Of a stretch of DNA of 64,000 nt, positions 27,194-37,801 are shown in pieces. The translations under genes were made by a program, and so were the position numbers. Below the pieces are notes generated by a model, which was given only the letters and a program-made list of their open reading frames with translations, made no database searches and had not been told where the DNA came from. Each line of letters opens with the position of its first letter. Within the stretch, counting starts at the first letter, position 1. The stretch comes from a virus. The DNA is taken from positions 1 through 64,000 of the IMG/VR virus record IMGVR_UViG_3300023179_000033; one strand, written 5' to 3'.

Positions 27194-27943
27194 ATGAATC
27201 AATATTTAAATTATAGAGGAATCTTAGTGCCATTTTTTAATTTGGAACAAGGAGGAGTAGATACGGCTATTAGATGCGGTATTTATCCTTTGGAAGAAGA
27301 TGTTACATTAAATAAATTATATAAACCAAGAGATGTTGTATATGACATTGGAGCATATATAGGTTCTCACTCGATACTATTCGCTTTAAATGGAGCAGAA
27401 GTTTTTGCTTTTGAACCATCACCATTTAATTATCATAGATGCGTAGAAAATTGTAGAAATTTTAGACAAATACATGTTTTAGATTATGCATTACACGAAA
27501 AAGAATATGAAGTTGAAACATTATTTAAAGATTGCAATAACCAAGACGGAATAGATAAAAAACAAAAAATTAAATATAAAATATTATCAAATATAATAAA
27601 AGAAAAAAATCTTCCACTACCTAATTTTATAAAAATGGATATAGAAGGCATGGAAACATTAGTATTAAAAACTATGGAGGATATATTTATTAATGTGCGA
27701 CCTATTATTTTCATCGAACTTCATAAAAAACCTATAGAAAATAAAACTCAAGATTATGAAAATAATCCCCATTGGAGGCATATTTCTGAAGGAGGATTTG
27801 ACTTTAATATTTTGAAAAAATATAATTATAAATTTATTTGGAGAGATGGTAAAGAAAATTTTATAGATAAAAATGAAGAATTAGATTGGAATAATGAAAT
27901 TGGTCCATCAGTTATATTAATACCAAAAGAAAAAATTAAGTGA
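27194..27943 (+). CDS. FkbM family methyltransferase
   Basis: YDIGAYIG, FAFEPS, FIKMDIEGME. Confidence 0.88.
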   Translation: MNQYLNYRGILVPFFNLEQGGVDTAIRCGIYPLEEDVTLNKLYKPRDVVYDIGAYIGSHSILFALNGAEVFAFEPSPFNYHRCVENCRNFRQIHVLDYALHEKEYEVETLFKDCNNQDGIDKKQKIKYKILSNIIKEKNLPLPNFIKMDIEGMETLVLKTMEDIFINVRPIIFIELHKKPIENKTQDYENNPHWRHISEGGFDFNILKKYNYKFIWRDGKENFIDKNEELDWNNEIGPSVILIPKEKIK

Positions 27944-28563
27944 AATATTTAAAAAATCAAATAAATTTTTTAGAATCAATACATAATAAAGAACCTTATT
28001 CAAGCGCAGGAGTTGATATTAATCATATAATACTCTTATTTGGAATAATTTTATCTCAAAAACCAATCAATATATTAGAATTAGGAATTGGTTCTGGATT
28101 AGTCTCTCAAACAATTTTAAATGCAATAAAATATAATGGGATAAAGTGCAAATATGATGCTTTAGATTTTTGTATATCTGATATTAATTGGCAAAATGGA
28201 GGTTGGGAATATCCAACTATTGATTTAATAGATAATTTAAAAAAAGAAAATGTAAATCTTATTTCTGAAGAAGAAGGAGTTTTTGTTAAACAATGCGAAT
28301 CAAATAAATATGACTTAATTATAAGTGACGCAGATCATTATAATGCTGGCGAATGGGTTGATGATATTATTAGAATTTGTAAGCCAAATGGAATTATTTT
28401 CTGTCATGACGTTTTATTTTTTAGGAAGGGTTCATTTCAAAGTCTAAAAAAATATATAGATTATGTAGAAAATAATTCAATACCTCATTATCTCTTTGAA
28501 AAATCCTCCAGACATGATGAAAAATGTGAAAGAGGATGGTTAATGATAATTAATAAAAAATAA
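27940..28563 (+). CDS. class I SAM-dependent methyltransferase
   Basis: ILELGIGSG, DLIISDADH, GIIFCHD. Confidence 0.82.
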   Translation: MKYLKNQINFLESIHNKEPYSSAGVDINHIILLFGIILSQKPINILELGIGSGLVSQTILNAIKYNGIKCKYDALDFCISDINWQNGGWEYPTIDLIDNLKKENVNLISEEEGVFVKQCESNKYDLIISDADHYNAGEWVDDIIRICKPNGIIFCHDVLFFRKGSFQSLKKYIDYVENNSIPHYLFEKSSRHDEKCERGWLMIINKK

Positions 28564-28564
28564 A

Positions 28565-28921
28565 ATGATAAAAGTCTCTTTAGATGAAGCTTATATATTT
28601 GATTTGCTTTCTATTCTAGATTTAAAAAAAGATAAATCTAAAAATATAGAATCATATAATACGCATATAGAAAATTATCATAATTTATATCTAGAAATAT
28701 TAAATCAAATTGGTATTGAAAAACTTACTGAAATATTAAATAGCGAAGAATATAAAGAATTAAAAGAAACAAATATAAAAGTATTTGATTTAGTTGATAT
28801 AGGATTAAAGGATGATGGTTTAGCAGGAAAAACAGCTAAAGAAAACTATCAAAGATTTATATTAAAAAATAAATTACAAAAAAAATTCTTTAAAAATAAT
28901 TTAAAAGAGACTAAAATATAA
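28565..28921 (+). CDS. helical protein typical of glycan clusters (DUF6165-like)
   Basis: D.LSIL..K...N..VFD...N.QRF.LK pattern. Confidence 0.5.
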   Translation: MIKVSLDEAYIFDLLSILDLKKDKSKNIESYNTHIENYHNLYLEILNQIGIEKLTEILNSEEYKELKETNIKVFDLVDIGLKDDGLAGKTAKENYQRFILKNKLQKKFFKNNLKETKI

Positions 28922-28924
28922 TAT

Positions 28925-30160
28925 ATGCTGAAATATAGACAAACTTGCAGATCTTGCGGTCATAGTCATCTAGAGAATATTATTGATTTAGGTTATCAAC
29001 CAATTCAAGGATCTTTTGTTTATCCAAATAAACCTAAACCACCAACAAGGGCGATAGATGCAAGTATTGTTATCTGTCAAACGAAAACAGGTGGATGTGG
29101 ATTAGTACAAAATAAAGTGTCTATCTCTCCAGAAATTCTTTATTCAAATTATGGTTATAGAAGTTCTGTATCAAATACCATGAGAAATCATTTGAATGAT
29201 ATTGTTAATAATATTTTATCTTACCTAAAAAATAAAAATATTAATCCTTCTAGAGTTCTCGACATTGGCGCAAATGATTTATATATGTTAAAGCAATATC
29301 CAAAGAATATAAATAGAGTTGGAGTTGATCCAAGTGATGTTATCAATCAAGTAGAAAAAGATGGAATAGAGACAATCAATGATTGTTATCCAACAAATAA
29401 AGTTCTCGGTACATTTGATATCATATCTTCTATTGCTTGTTTTTATGATATTGAAGATCCTACAAAATTCTGTCAACAAATAGAAAAATCATTAACACCA
29501 AATGGTGTTTGGGTTGTAGAATTTGCTTATCTTTCAGAAGTATATGATAAATTAGCATATGACGGAATGGTTCATGAACACGTTTGTCTTTATTCAATTG
29601 CTACATTTGAGCATATCCTAAAAAGAACAGGACTAAAGATAATTAAACTAGAGGAGAATGATACCAATGGAGGATCTGTACAAGCTTGGGTAGTAAAAGA
29701 AGATAATTCTTATCTTGAAGAAGATTCATTTAAACAAGATATTCTTAAAATTAAAATTAAAGAATTTCAAATGGCCCTTGAAGATGATGAAACCTATATC
29801 CCATTCATGGAAAGAATAGTTGAACATAAAAAAGAGCTTGTTAAAATTTTGAAAGATCTAAAACAGCAAGGTAAAAAAATTCATATCTACGGAATGTCTA
29901 CAAAATTAAATACAATTCTATCATATTGTGGAATTGGTCCAGAATTAATTGAATGTGCTGCTGAAAGAAGTCCAGAAAAATTTGGCGCAACTACCATTAG
30001 TGGGATACCAATGGTTAGCGAAGAGCAAAGCCGAAAAAATGCAGATGTCTATTTGGTTGGACCATATCATTTCAAAGAAGAAATTCTCAAGAGAGAAGAA
30101 GAAACAATTAAAAAAGGCGTGAAATTTTTATTTCCATTACCAGAAATAAATATAATTTAA
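28925..30160 (+). CDS. NDP-sugar C-methyltransferase
   Basis: CRSC...C....C zinc site, LDIGAND, HEHVCLYS, NGGS, YGMSTK.NT, FLFPLP. Confidence 0.88.
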   Translation: MLKYRQTCRSCGHSHLENIIDLGYQPIQGSFVYPNKPKPPTRAIDASIVICQTKTGGCGLVQNKVSISPEILYSNYGYRSSVSNTMRNHLNDIVNNILSYLKNKNINPSRVLDIGANDLYMLKQYPKNINRVGVDPSDVINQVEKDGIETINDCYPTNKVLGTFDIISSIACFYDIEDPTKFCQQIEKSLTPNGVWVVEFAYLSEVYDKLAYDGMVHEHVCLYSIATFEHILKRTGLKIIKLEENDTNGGSVQAWVVKEDNSYLEEDSFKQDILKIKIKEFQMALEDDETYIPFMERIVEHKKELVKILKDLKQQGKKIHIYGMSTKLNTILSYCGIGPELIECAAERSPEKFGATTISGIPMVSEEQSRKNADVYLVGPYHFKEEILKREEETIKKGVKFLFPLPEINII

Positions 30161-30161
30161 T

Positions 30162-30980
30162 ATGATAAAAGCGATTGGCTTTAACCAAGGTCAAATTGGT
30201 GATCTTGTAATCAACTTAATTCCCTGCAGAGCTTTTAAAGAAAAATTTCCTAGTTCTCATTTAACATTTGGAATAAATAAAAAATACGAATCAATACTTC
30301 CAATTTTTAAAAATAATGAACTAATTGATGATTTTAAAATTTGGGAAAATTACGATAATTGGCCAAGTGAAAATGATAAAAAATATTTAGAAGAAAAAAA
30401 TTTTGATATTGTTTTTAATCCAATGCCAAAACATAAATATGAAGATTGGTACTTAAGATGTCATCATACTGAAGCAGTATGTTTAATGCATGATTTAGTT
30501 CCTCCTAAAAATCTTCAAATTAATTTAAATCGATGGTTTGATTTAAATGAAGAATATAAAGATTGCGTTGCGATCACATCATTTTCTAGCGGAGGAGCAA
30601 TAAGAGATATTCCTATGGATTTTACAAATAAAATTATTGAATACATTCATTCTTTAGGGCTTAAAACTATTCAGCTAGGATTAAAAAATCATCCAAAATT
30701 AAATACAACTTATGCACCTTTGGGTGGAGAAATTTTTGATGATATTAAAATTGCATTATCTTGTAAATTTTTATTAACAGCAGATACGGGAATGAATTAT
30801 ATTATGTCGGGATATCAAGCGAAAGTACTATCTTTATATTCTTGTTTATCATATCCTGTTTATGCGCCATTAATTAATAGAACGCCAAGAAATCCAAATG
30901 CAATTGCTTTAGAAAATTATAATATAAGAGACATAAATTTTGAACTTATTAAAGATTCAATTCATAAATTATTAAAATAA
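30162..30980 (+). CDS. GT9-like glycosyltransferase
   Basis: QIGDLV, LLTADTGMNY. Confidence 0.7.
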   Translation: MIKAIGFNQGQIGDLVINLIPCRAFKEKFPSSHLTFGINKKYESILPIFKNNELIDDFKIWENYDNWPSENDKKYLEEKNFDIVFNPMPKHKYEDWYLRCHHTEAVCLMHDLVPPKNLQINLNRWFDLNEEYKDCVAITSFSSGGAIRDIPMDFTNKIIEYIHSLGLKTIQLGLKNHPKLNTTYAPLGGEIFDDIKIALSCKFLLTADTGMNYIMSGYQAKVLSLYSCLSYPVYAPLINRTPRNPNAIALENYNIRDINFELIKDSIHKLLK

Positions 30981-31852
30981 TGAATTTTACAATTAAAACT
31001 TTTGGTTGGAGAAATACAATTTTAGATCAAGTATCTAGAATAGACCAAGGATTAAAAACTCTTGGATGCGAGTTTGTTGAAAAATCTCCCGATATTGTTT
31101 ATTCGAATAATGATATGTATGATGATATTCTAGAGTACGCCAAAAATCAAAAAAAGAAACCTTTTATCATTTTAAATGTTTTAGATTTGCAAATCGGTAA
31201 TCCAACATATAATCTTAATAAAGTAAAAGACCAGTTATCTCAAGCAGATGTCATTACTTGTATTTCAAAAACTGTACAAAAACAAATAAATGAAGTCTTA
31301 GATTTAGACGCGGAAGTTATATATAATCCAGTTAAAGATATAAAACATGATCCAAAAGTAGGGAAAAGTATACCATTTCTTTATGTTGGCAGAGCGAATG
31401 ACCCTAGAAAAAGATTTTCTTTAATTAAAGAAACCTTTAAAAATTATCCAGAAATTAATCAGACTTTAGTAATTTGTGGTTCTGAAAATCCAAATCTTGG
31501 TATTTATACGGGTATTTTATCTGATGAAGATTTAAATTTGGTCTATAATTCTTGTAAATTTTTATTACTTCCTTCTGCTTTTGAAGGTTTAGGACTACCA
31601 ATGATAGAAGCTATGTTAGCTGGATCTATTCCAATCACTTGTAGCGATAATCCAACCGCCGTAGAATTATCTCCTAAAGAATTTATATGTGATCCAGATC
31701 CAAAATGTTTTATGACAAAACTTATCGAAATCAGCAAAGATTATGTAAAATTTCAAAAAATTTCATTAGAATATGCAGAAAAATATAAAATATTAATGAA
31801 TAAAAATACTGTTGCAAAAAATATAATTGATATATATAAAAGAAATAAATAA
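30980..31852 (+). CDS. glycosyltransferase family 4
   Basis: LYVGR..RK, LLPSAFEGLGLPMIEAM. Confidence 0.88.
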   Translation: MNFTIKTFGWRNTILDQVSRIDQGLKTLGCEFVEKSPDIVYSNNDMYDDILEYAKNQKKKPFIILNVLDLQIGNPTYNLNKVKDQLSQADVITCISKTVQKQINEVLDLDAEVIYNPVKDIKHDPKVGKSIPFLYVGRANDPRKRFSLIKETFKNYPEINQTLVICGSENPNLGIYTGILSDEDLNLVYNSCKFLLLPSAFEGLGLPMIEAMLAGSIPITCSDNPTAVELSPKEFICDPDPKCFMTKLIEISKDYVKFQKISLEYAEKYKILMNKNTVAKNIIDIYKRNK

Positions 31853-32784
31853 TGAAACCATTTTTATTAACAATGACACAAGAACGGAAAGAACATATAT
31901 CTTTAATGTTAAAAAATATTTATCCAACTTTTGACGGAGTTATTGCGCTAGTTAATTTACCATCAAATGATGGAACGATAGAATTATTACAAGCAAATAA
32001 AGGTAATGGTAAAATTATAACTCAAAATTGGACGCCTAATCATGGTTTTTTAATGAATCATCTTCTTTTTTATGGCGGAATACAGAATGGACAATATTGC
32101 ATTTATCTAGATTCGCCCGAATCAATGACAGATTTGTTTATAAAAGAATTGCCTCAAATGTTAAATGATTTTAATAATAATAATATTGGTGCGCTTTATT
32201 GGGATCAAAGACCATATATTTTTAAATATAATCCATACATGGAATTTTATGGAGCAGTTCATTGGGGGTTAACAAATATAACAGGAAAAATTATTACATT
32301 ACCAGAAAAAGATAAATATATTATTAATCGGAGAAAGGAAACTCCAAAATATTTTGGATCTATTAATGGGTCAAAATATTATTTATGTTATTTTTTAGGC
32401 AATGATATGCAATTATTATACGGAAAATATGGTCAAGATGTTGTAAATCATCATGAAGCTTTAAGGAAAAAATTTCAAATGTATTGCGTAAATGTTTTAA
32501 AATTAAATATATCTACATTGGATGACATGATTAATTACATGAAAAAAATAAAAAATAAAGAAATTGCACCAGATGAATATTTTGTAGACATGGTAGAACT
32601 AGAAATAAGATTAAGCGAATTATTTCAAATAGAAGTACTTGGGCAAGATTTTATGAAAGACGTTGTTCCTATGAGAGATCGGTTTTCTTTTAAAGATTAT
32701 TTAGCCGGAAATTCTGGATTTCCGAAAGATTATTTGGGCACGAGACTTCAGTATAATCGCCAATTTAATATAAAAGATGATTAA
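31852..32784 (+). CDS. GT2-like glycosyltransferase
   Basis: SNDGTIELL, IYLDSPE, F.GAVHW. Confidence 0.55.
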   Translation: MKPFLLTMTQERKEHISLMLKNIYPTFDGVIALVNLPSNDGTIELLQANKGNGKIITQNWTPNHGFLMNHLLFYGGIQNGQYCIYLDSPESMTDLFIKELPQMLNDFNNNNIGALYWDQRPYIFKYNPYMEFYGAVHWGLTNITGKIITLPEKDKYIINRRKETPKYFGSINGSKYYLCYFLGNDMQLLYGKYGQDVVNHHEALRKKFQMYCVNVLKLNISTLDDMINYMKKIKNKEIAPDEYFVDMVELEIRLSELFQIEVLGQDFMKDVVPMRDRFSFKDYLAGNSGFPKDYLGTRLQYNRQFNIKDD

Positions 32785-32787
32785 ATT

Positions 32788-33552
32788 ATGAAAATCGGGA
32801 TTATATATTGTGCATATAATTGTTTTTCTTATGTAAAAGATAGTTTATATTCTTTTGGAGAATGTAAAAGACAAGGCGTAATTTCCGAAATTTCTGCGGT
32901 ATCCATACCATTTGCAGAATATTTTGATTTGAATCAAAACAAAGATGAAACTACAAATTTTTTAATTCATTTACATAAAAAACAACTAATTGATCAACTT
33001 TTTACTGAGCCAAACTATATTCAAGAACATATAGCTAGAGATTTTTGTTTGCAATATTTAAAAAATAAAGATTGCGATATCATTTGGATGGTTGATGGAG
33101 ATGAATTTTATTCAGTAGAAGATATTAAAAATATAATAAATTTTATTAATAATAGTCCAAGTTATTATTGGTATAGTATTAATTTTAAAAATTACATATT
33201 TGATGGCAAACAATGGATTGATGATTTCTGTCCTCCAAGAATATTTAGAACAAAATCTAATACATTAACTATAAATAAATTTTATTGGGATAATGATTTA
33301 TCTTATAAAAATAAAAATAATGAAATTTTTAATTATAAATTATTAAATAATTTAATGATTCCAAAAGATATTGCTCATATAAAACATTTTACATGGCTAC
33401 ATGAAAATGGAAGATCAAAATACGAATATCAAATGAAACATTTTGGTAGCTGTGGATATTTATGGAATTATGAAGAAAAAAAATTAGAATTTAATGAAGA
33501 TTATTATATTAAAAATAATATTCAAAAACCTAAAGTAAATATAGATAATTAA
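32788..33552 (+). CDS. GT2-like glycosyltransferase
   Basis: IIYCAYN, RDFCL, WMVDGDEFY, PRIFR, IKHFTW. Confidence 0.65.
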   Translation: MKIGIIYCAYNCFSYVKDSLYSFGECKRQGVISEISAVSIPFAEYFDLNQNKDETTNFLIHLHKKQLIDQLFTEPNYIQEHIARDFCLQYLKNKDCDIIWMVDGDEFYSVEDIKNIINFINNSPSYYWYSINFKNYIFDGKQWIDDFCPPRIFRTKSNTLTINKFYWDNDLSYKNKNNEIFNYKLLNNLMIPKDIAHIKHFTWLHENGRSKYEYQMKHFGSCGYLWNYEEKKLEFNEDYYIKNNIQKPKVNIDN

Positions 33553-33553
33553 T

Positions 33554-33582
33554 TTGACTTTTAAAATAAAATAATATAATAT
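33554..33582 (+). promoter_or_regulatory. sigma70-type promoter
   Basis: TTGACT-17-TAATAT before ATG 33590. Confidence 0.6.
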
Positions 33583-33589
33583 AAAGTAA

Positions 33590-34198
33590 ATGTCAAAGTA
33601 TTATGAACATATAGCTGGATGGTTTGATTTTCAAGATATTTATACTGAAGCTGTAGAAAAATCGCAAGAAAATGATATTTTAGTAGAAGTTGGTTCGTTT
33701 TTAGGAAAATCTACATCTTATATTTTAGATGAAATACAAAAATCTAATAAAAAATTAAAATTTTACGCTGTAGATACTTGGGATTTAACAAAAGATGATC
33801 AATTTCATTTTACAGCAGAAATGCCTTGGGGAGAAAAATATATAGATTTTAGTAAAAGATTAGGAGATAAAGCATTTTATAATTATTTTATAGATAATAT
33901 TAAATATTGTCCCGGAGGACATAATTTGACCAAATCAATTCAGTCATATTCTTGGGATGGAGCAAATTATTTTTTAGATAATACTTGTCATTTTGTTTTT
34001 ATTGACGCAGGACATTCTTATGAATCTGTAATCAAAGATTTAAATGCTTGGTATTCAAAAGTTAAAATAGGAGGAATTTTTGCAGGCCATGATTTAATTG
34101 GAGAAGGAGTTCAAAAAGCTCTTAAAGAATTTTGTTATAAAAATAATATATCGCAAATTTATCAAAGAAATGCTAGTTGGTTAATGTATAAAAAATAA
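33590..34198 (+). CDS. class I SAM methyltransferase (Methyltransf_24-like)
   Basis: VEVGSFLGKS, AVDTW, FIDAGHSYE, GGIFAGHD. Confidence 0.88.
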   Translation: MSKYYEHIAGWFDFQDIYTEAVEKSQENDILVEVGSFLGKSTSYILDEIQKSNKKLKFYAVDTWDLTKDDQFHFTAEMPWGEKYIDFSKRLGDKAFYNYFIDNIKYCPGGHNLTKSIQSYSWDGANYFLDNTCHFVFIDAGHSYESVIKDLNAWYSKVKIGGIFAGHDLIGEGVQKALKEFCYKNNISQIYQRNASWLMYKK

Positions 34199-34212
34199 TT
34201 CAAATCATTATT

Positions 34213-34260
34213 ATGATATTTGATACCTTCATGTATAATGGAGAAGAGGATATTATTTAA
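34213..34260 (+). pseudogene. orphan 5' fragment of the GT17 gene
   Basis: MIFDTFMYNGEEDII* matches the first 14 residues of ORF 34816..35658. Confidence 0.8.
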
Positions 34261-34268
34261 AATATAAA

Positions 34269-34297
34269 TTGACTTTTATATATATTGTTAATATAAT
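34269..34297 (+). promoter_or_regulatory. sigma70 promoter
   Basis: TTGACT-17-TATAAT, 6 nt before ATG 34304. Confidence 0.75.
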
Positions 34298-34303
34298 TTT
34301 AAC

Positions 34304-34813
34304 ATGAAAGAAAATTTTAAATCATATAAATATATTGTAGACGGAATTATAAAACAAATAGATGCTGAATATATATTAGAAATTGGCTTAGGCCCCGGAT
34401 GGACAGCAGAACCATGTTTAAAATTTTTAACATCAAAACAAAAAGGTAAATATACTGCAATAGATATGGCGCCTCCACAAGAAGGACTGAATATATTAAA
34501 CCAATATGATAAAAAATTTTGGGAATTAAGAATTGGAGATACAACAAAAGATGATAATTTATTTCAAAATTTTCATGAAAATAGAAATGATATTATTCTT
34601 GTAGACGGATCTCATTGGTATTCACATGTCGCGATGGATATTCAAAAATTAGTAATTTATGGTTGCGCAAAACCCGAAACAATATTTGTTTTTCATGATT
34701 CTGAAGGTAGTCACACGAGATATGGTATTTCAGAAGCATGTCAAAAAGTTGGTATAAAATTATTTGAAATAATACAAGGAAATATTATAATTGGAAAATT
34801 TAAAGATTTATAA
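34304..34813 (+). CDS. class I SAM methyltransferase
   Basis: ILEIGLGPG, IILVDGSH, FVFHD. Confidence 0.8.
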   Translation: MKENFKSYKYIVDGIIKQIDAEYILEIGLGPGWTAEPCLKFLTSKQKGKYTAIDMAPPQEGLNILNQYDKKFWELRIGDTTKDDNLFQNFHENRNDIILVDGSHWYSHVAMDIQKLVIYGCAKPETIFVFHDSEGSHTRYGISEACQKVGIKLFEIIQGNIIIGKFKDL

Positions 34814-34815
34814 AA

Positions 34816-35658
34816 ATGATTTTTGATACCTTCATGTATAATGGTGAAGAAGATATCCTTGATATTCGTTTAAATACTTTAGGAGAAATTGTAGATAAAT
34901 TTATAATACTTGAATCTCCAAGATCTCATAGTCTTTTACCAAGAGAGCTAGAATATCCAAAACAAAAAGAAAGATTTGAAAAATTTAAAGATAAAATTTC
35001 TTACTACTCATTAGATTATTGTAAAAGTAATAATTTTGTATTAAATGATTGGTCTGGAAGAGAAGTTTTAGAAAATATTTTAATAGAAAAGGAAAATTTA
35101 ACTACAAAAGACATAATAATACATGGAGATTTAGATGAAATCCCAAGGACTAATGTTTTAAAAGATTTTATTGCTTCAAATTCATTATTAAAACCATGTA
35201 CATTTATGATGGATAGAAGGCTTTTATGTTTAGATTTAGAGCTATCAAATATAGAACATGATAGAGCTCGAGGCAATTGGTTTGGGTTAAGTTTATTTTT
35301 AGGCGCACATTTAAATAAATGCAAACTACATTGGTTAAGACAAATTAGGTGCAATACCATAATAAATGGGATAGATTATAAAGATTGCTATACTTTAGTA
35401 GAAAATGCGGGATGGCATTTTAGTTATTGCGCTGGACTAGAAAAAACAATTGATAAATTTAAATTCTTTTGCCATGCAAATGAGATGCATAACTGCGTAA
35501 AAGATAAAGAAGGTTTAATTCAATGTATTAAAAATAAGCATTCTTTTGATCCACAAAAAACTCAGTTAATTAAAGTTGAATGGAATAATCAAAACATTCC
35601 CGAATATGTTTTTAATAATTCAAATCTATTTAAAGAAATACTAAGTTTTAATTATTAA
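34816..35658 (+). CDS. glycosyltransferase family 17 (GnT-III-like)
   Basis: FDTFMYNGEEDILDIRL, DLDEIP, AGWHFSY. Confidence 0.85.
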   Translation: MIFDTFMYNGEEDILDIRLNTLGEIVDKFIILESPRSHSLLPRELEYPKQKERFEKFKDKISYYSLDYCKSNNFVLNDWSGREVLENILIEKENLTTKDIIIHGDLDEIPRTNVLKDFIASNSLLKPCTFMMDRRLLCLDLELSNIEHDRARGNWFGLSLFLGAHLNKCKLHWLRQIRCNTIINGIDYKDCYTLVENAGWHFSYCAGLEKTIDKFKFFCHANEMHNCVKDKEGLIQCIKNKHSFDPQKTQLIKVEWNNQNIPEYVFNNSNLFKEILSFNY

Positions 35659-36503
35659 TGAATTTTATAAATAAAAATAAAAATCAAGAGGATCTAGAAA
35701 TTCTTGGCAAAATTTGTTTTGATACATTAACTTCAAATTTAGATATTAAACAAAAATCAGACAATTTTTGCGGTATTTATTTTGAAGGTAGAAATAGAAA
35801 TATAAATGCTGTAGAAGATTTTTCTGTCGTACATAGTTTTAAAAATTTTTCTGAATATAATTATCCTATTTTTATATTTAGTCCTAATTCAGATAATTTA
35901 TTAAATAATGATTCAAGATATAAAAATGCTAGGGTAGAACATATCAAAATACCAATACAAGATAGTCATGATAAATATTCTCAATTTATGATTAAAGATA
36001 TTTGGGAATATCTTCCTAAAGGATTTGAAAACTTACTTTTTTTTCATCCAGATGGTTTTTTAATTAAAAATGGCTGGGAAAGTTTTGTATTAAATAATAA
36101 ATTAAAATATATTGGTTCTGCTTGGTGTCATAGCCCAAGCATTGAAATTAATAATAATGGAAATTGGCAAAGCATGGGATTTCCTAGTATTCGATGTGGT
36201 AATGGAGGATTTAGTTTTAGATCAAGATATGCTTGTGAAGAAGCAAGTAAACGATATTCGAGATCAATAATAAGAGAACAGGGCACAAATGGAACAAGAG
36301 TAGCAGAAGATTTATTTTATAGTCACATTATAAATGGTATTTTTGAACAGGGTTCAGTAGCAAATATTCAACAATGCATGCAATTTTCACTTGACCCAAT
36401 AACATTAAATGAGTATAATAACAAATTAAGCTTTGGATTTCATTATCCCAAGAAGATAAATGAATTTCAAAACTATAGAGATTTTTATTTAAATATAAAA
36501 TGA
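35658..36503 (+). CDS. DUF5672-like glycosyltransferase-fold protein
   Basis: FFHPDGFL, YIGSAW, GNGGFSFRS, AEDLFY, FGFH. Confidence 0.75.
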   Translation: MNFINKNKNQEDLEILGKICFDTLTSNLDIKQKSDNFCGIYFEGRNRNINAVEDFSVVHSFKNFSEYNYPIFIFSPNSDNLLNNDSRYKNARVEHIKIPIQDSHDKYSQFMIKDIWEYLPKGFENLLFFHPDGFLIKNGWESFVLNNKLKYIGSAWCHSPSIEINNNGNWQSMGFPSIRCGNGGFSFRSRYACEEASKRYSRSIIREQGTNGTRVAEDLFYSHIINGIFEQGSVANIQQCMQFSLDPITLNEYNNKLSFGFHYPKKINEFQNYRDFYLNIK

Positions 36504-37801
36504 GCGAACACAGACAAAAAATTAAAGATTTTATAAATAAGTTACAAGAAGAATATGGTAGATTGCCTAAGTTCTGTCATAATTTAAATGCACCAGATAA
36601 TAAAGTATACTATTCTGGCGCATTTTTTGATGATAACGAAATTGTAGCAGCAATAGAAACCTTATTATTTGGTAAATGGTCATCTAGTGGAGAAGTTTGT
36701 GCTCAATTTGAAAGACAATTCAGCAAAGCAATAAATCAAAAGTCTTCATTCTTTACTAATTCGGGTTCTTCAGCTAATCTATTACTAGTTGCTGCTTGTA
36801 AAGAATACTATAAATGGAAAGATGGAGATGAGATTATAGTATCAGCAGTAGGATTTCCAACAACTGTTTCAGCTATTATCCAAAATGGGCTAAAGCCAAT
36901 ATTTGTTGATATTGAATGGAATACATTAAATTACGATATCTCTAAAATAGAAGAAAAAATAACAAATAAAACGGTAGCAACCTTTTTATCTCCAGTATTA
37001 GGTAATCCACCCGACATGGACAAGTTACTTAATATCATCAAATCTTACAATATAAAATTACTTTTAGATAATTGTGATTCTTTGGGATCAAAATGGAATA
37101 ATAAATATTTGAATGAATATGCAGAGGCGTCATCTTGTTCATTTTATCCTGCACACGAAATTACCACTTTAGAAGGAGGAATGGTTTCATCTAATAATGA
37201 AGAAATCATCCAGTTAGCCCGAAGTTATGGAACTTGGGGCCGTGATTGCTACTGCGTAGGTACTTGTAATTTATTAGCAAATGGTTCTTGCGGAAAAAGA
37301 TTTTCTAATTGGCTTACAGATTTTCCAGAAACAATTATAGATCATAAGTATGTATTTAATAGAATTGGGTATAATTTAAAACCATTGGATTTGCAAGGGG
37401 CAATTGGAATTGAACAACTTAAAAAGCTTGATTTTATTTGTAAAAAAAGAAAACATAATCTTGATAAAATACTTTCAATTTTTAAAGAAAATTTAAATTT
37501 TGTAAGAAGTGTAAGCATTTTTAATAAAACTGATTGGGTTCCGTTCGGTGTTCCTCTTATATGTAAATCAAAAGAGGAAAAAATAAAATTGGTAAATTAT
37601 TTAGAAAATAACGGAATTCAAACAAGAAATTATTTTGCGGGAAATCTTTTAATGCATAAAGGATATAAGCATTTAGACGATTATAAAAAATATCCAGAAT
37701 CAAATAAAGTTTTAGATTTAGTATTTTTTATTGGGTGCGCTCCAACTATTGACGATAAAAATATTAATTATATAGAAGAAAAAATAAAACAATATGAATA
37801 A
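36500..37801 (+). CDS. rfbH: RfbH/E1-type NDP-4-keto-6-deoxyhexose 3-dehydratase (PMP-dependent)
   Basis: NSGSSANL, LGNP, DNCD, SFYPAH (His at the usual Lys position), WGRDCYC..CGKRF, GYNLKP. Confidence 0.85.
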   Translation: MSEHRQKIKDFINKLQEEYGRLPKFCHNLNAPDNKVYYSGAFFDDNEIVAAIETLLFGKWSSSGEVCAQFERQFSKAINQKSSFFTNSGSSANLLLVAACKEYYKWKDGDEIIVSAVGFPTTVSAIIQNGLKPIFVDIEWNTLNYDISKIEEKITNKTVATFLSPVLGNPPDMDKLLNIIKSYNIKLLLDNCDSLGSKWNNKYLNEYAEASSCSFYPAHEITTLEGGMVSSNNEEIIQLARSYGTWGRDCYCVGTCNLLANGSCGKRFSNWLTDFPETIIDHKYVFNRIGYNLKPLDLQGAIGIEQLKKLDFICKKRKHNLDKILSIFKENLNFVRSVSIFNKTDWVPFGVPLICKSKEEKIKLVNYLENNGIQTRNYFAGNLLMHKGYKHLDDYKKYPESNKVLDLVFFIGCAPTIDDKNINYIEEKIKQYE

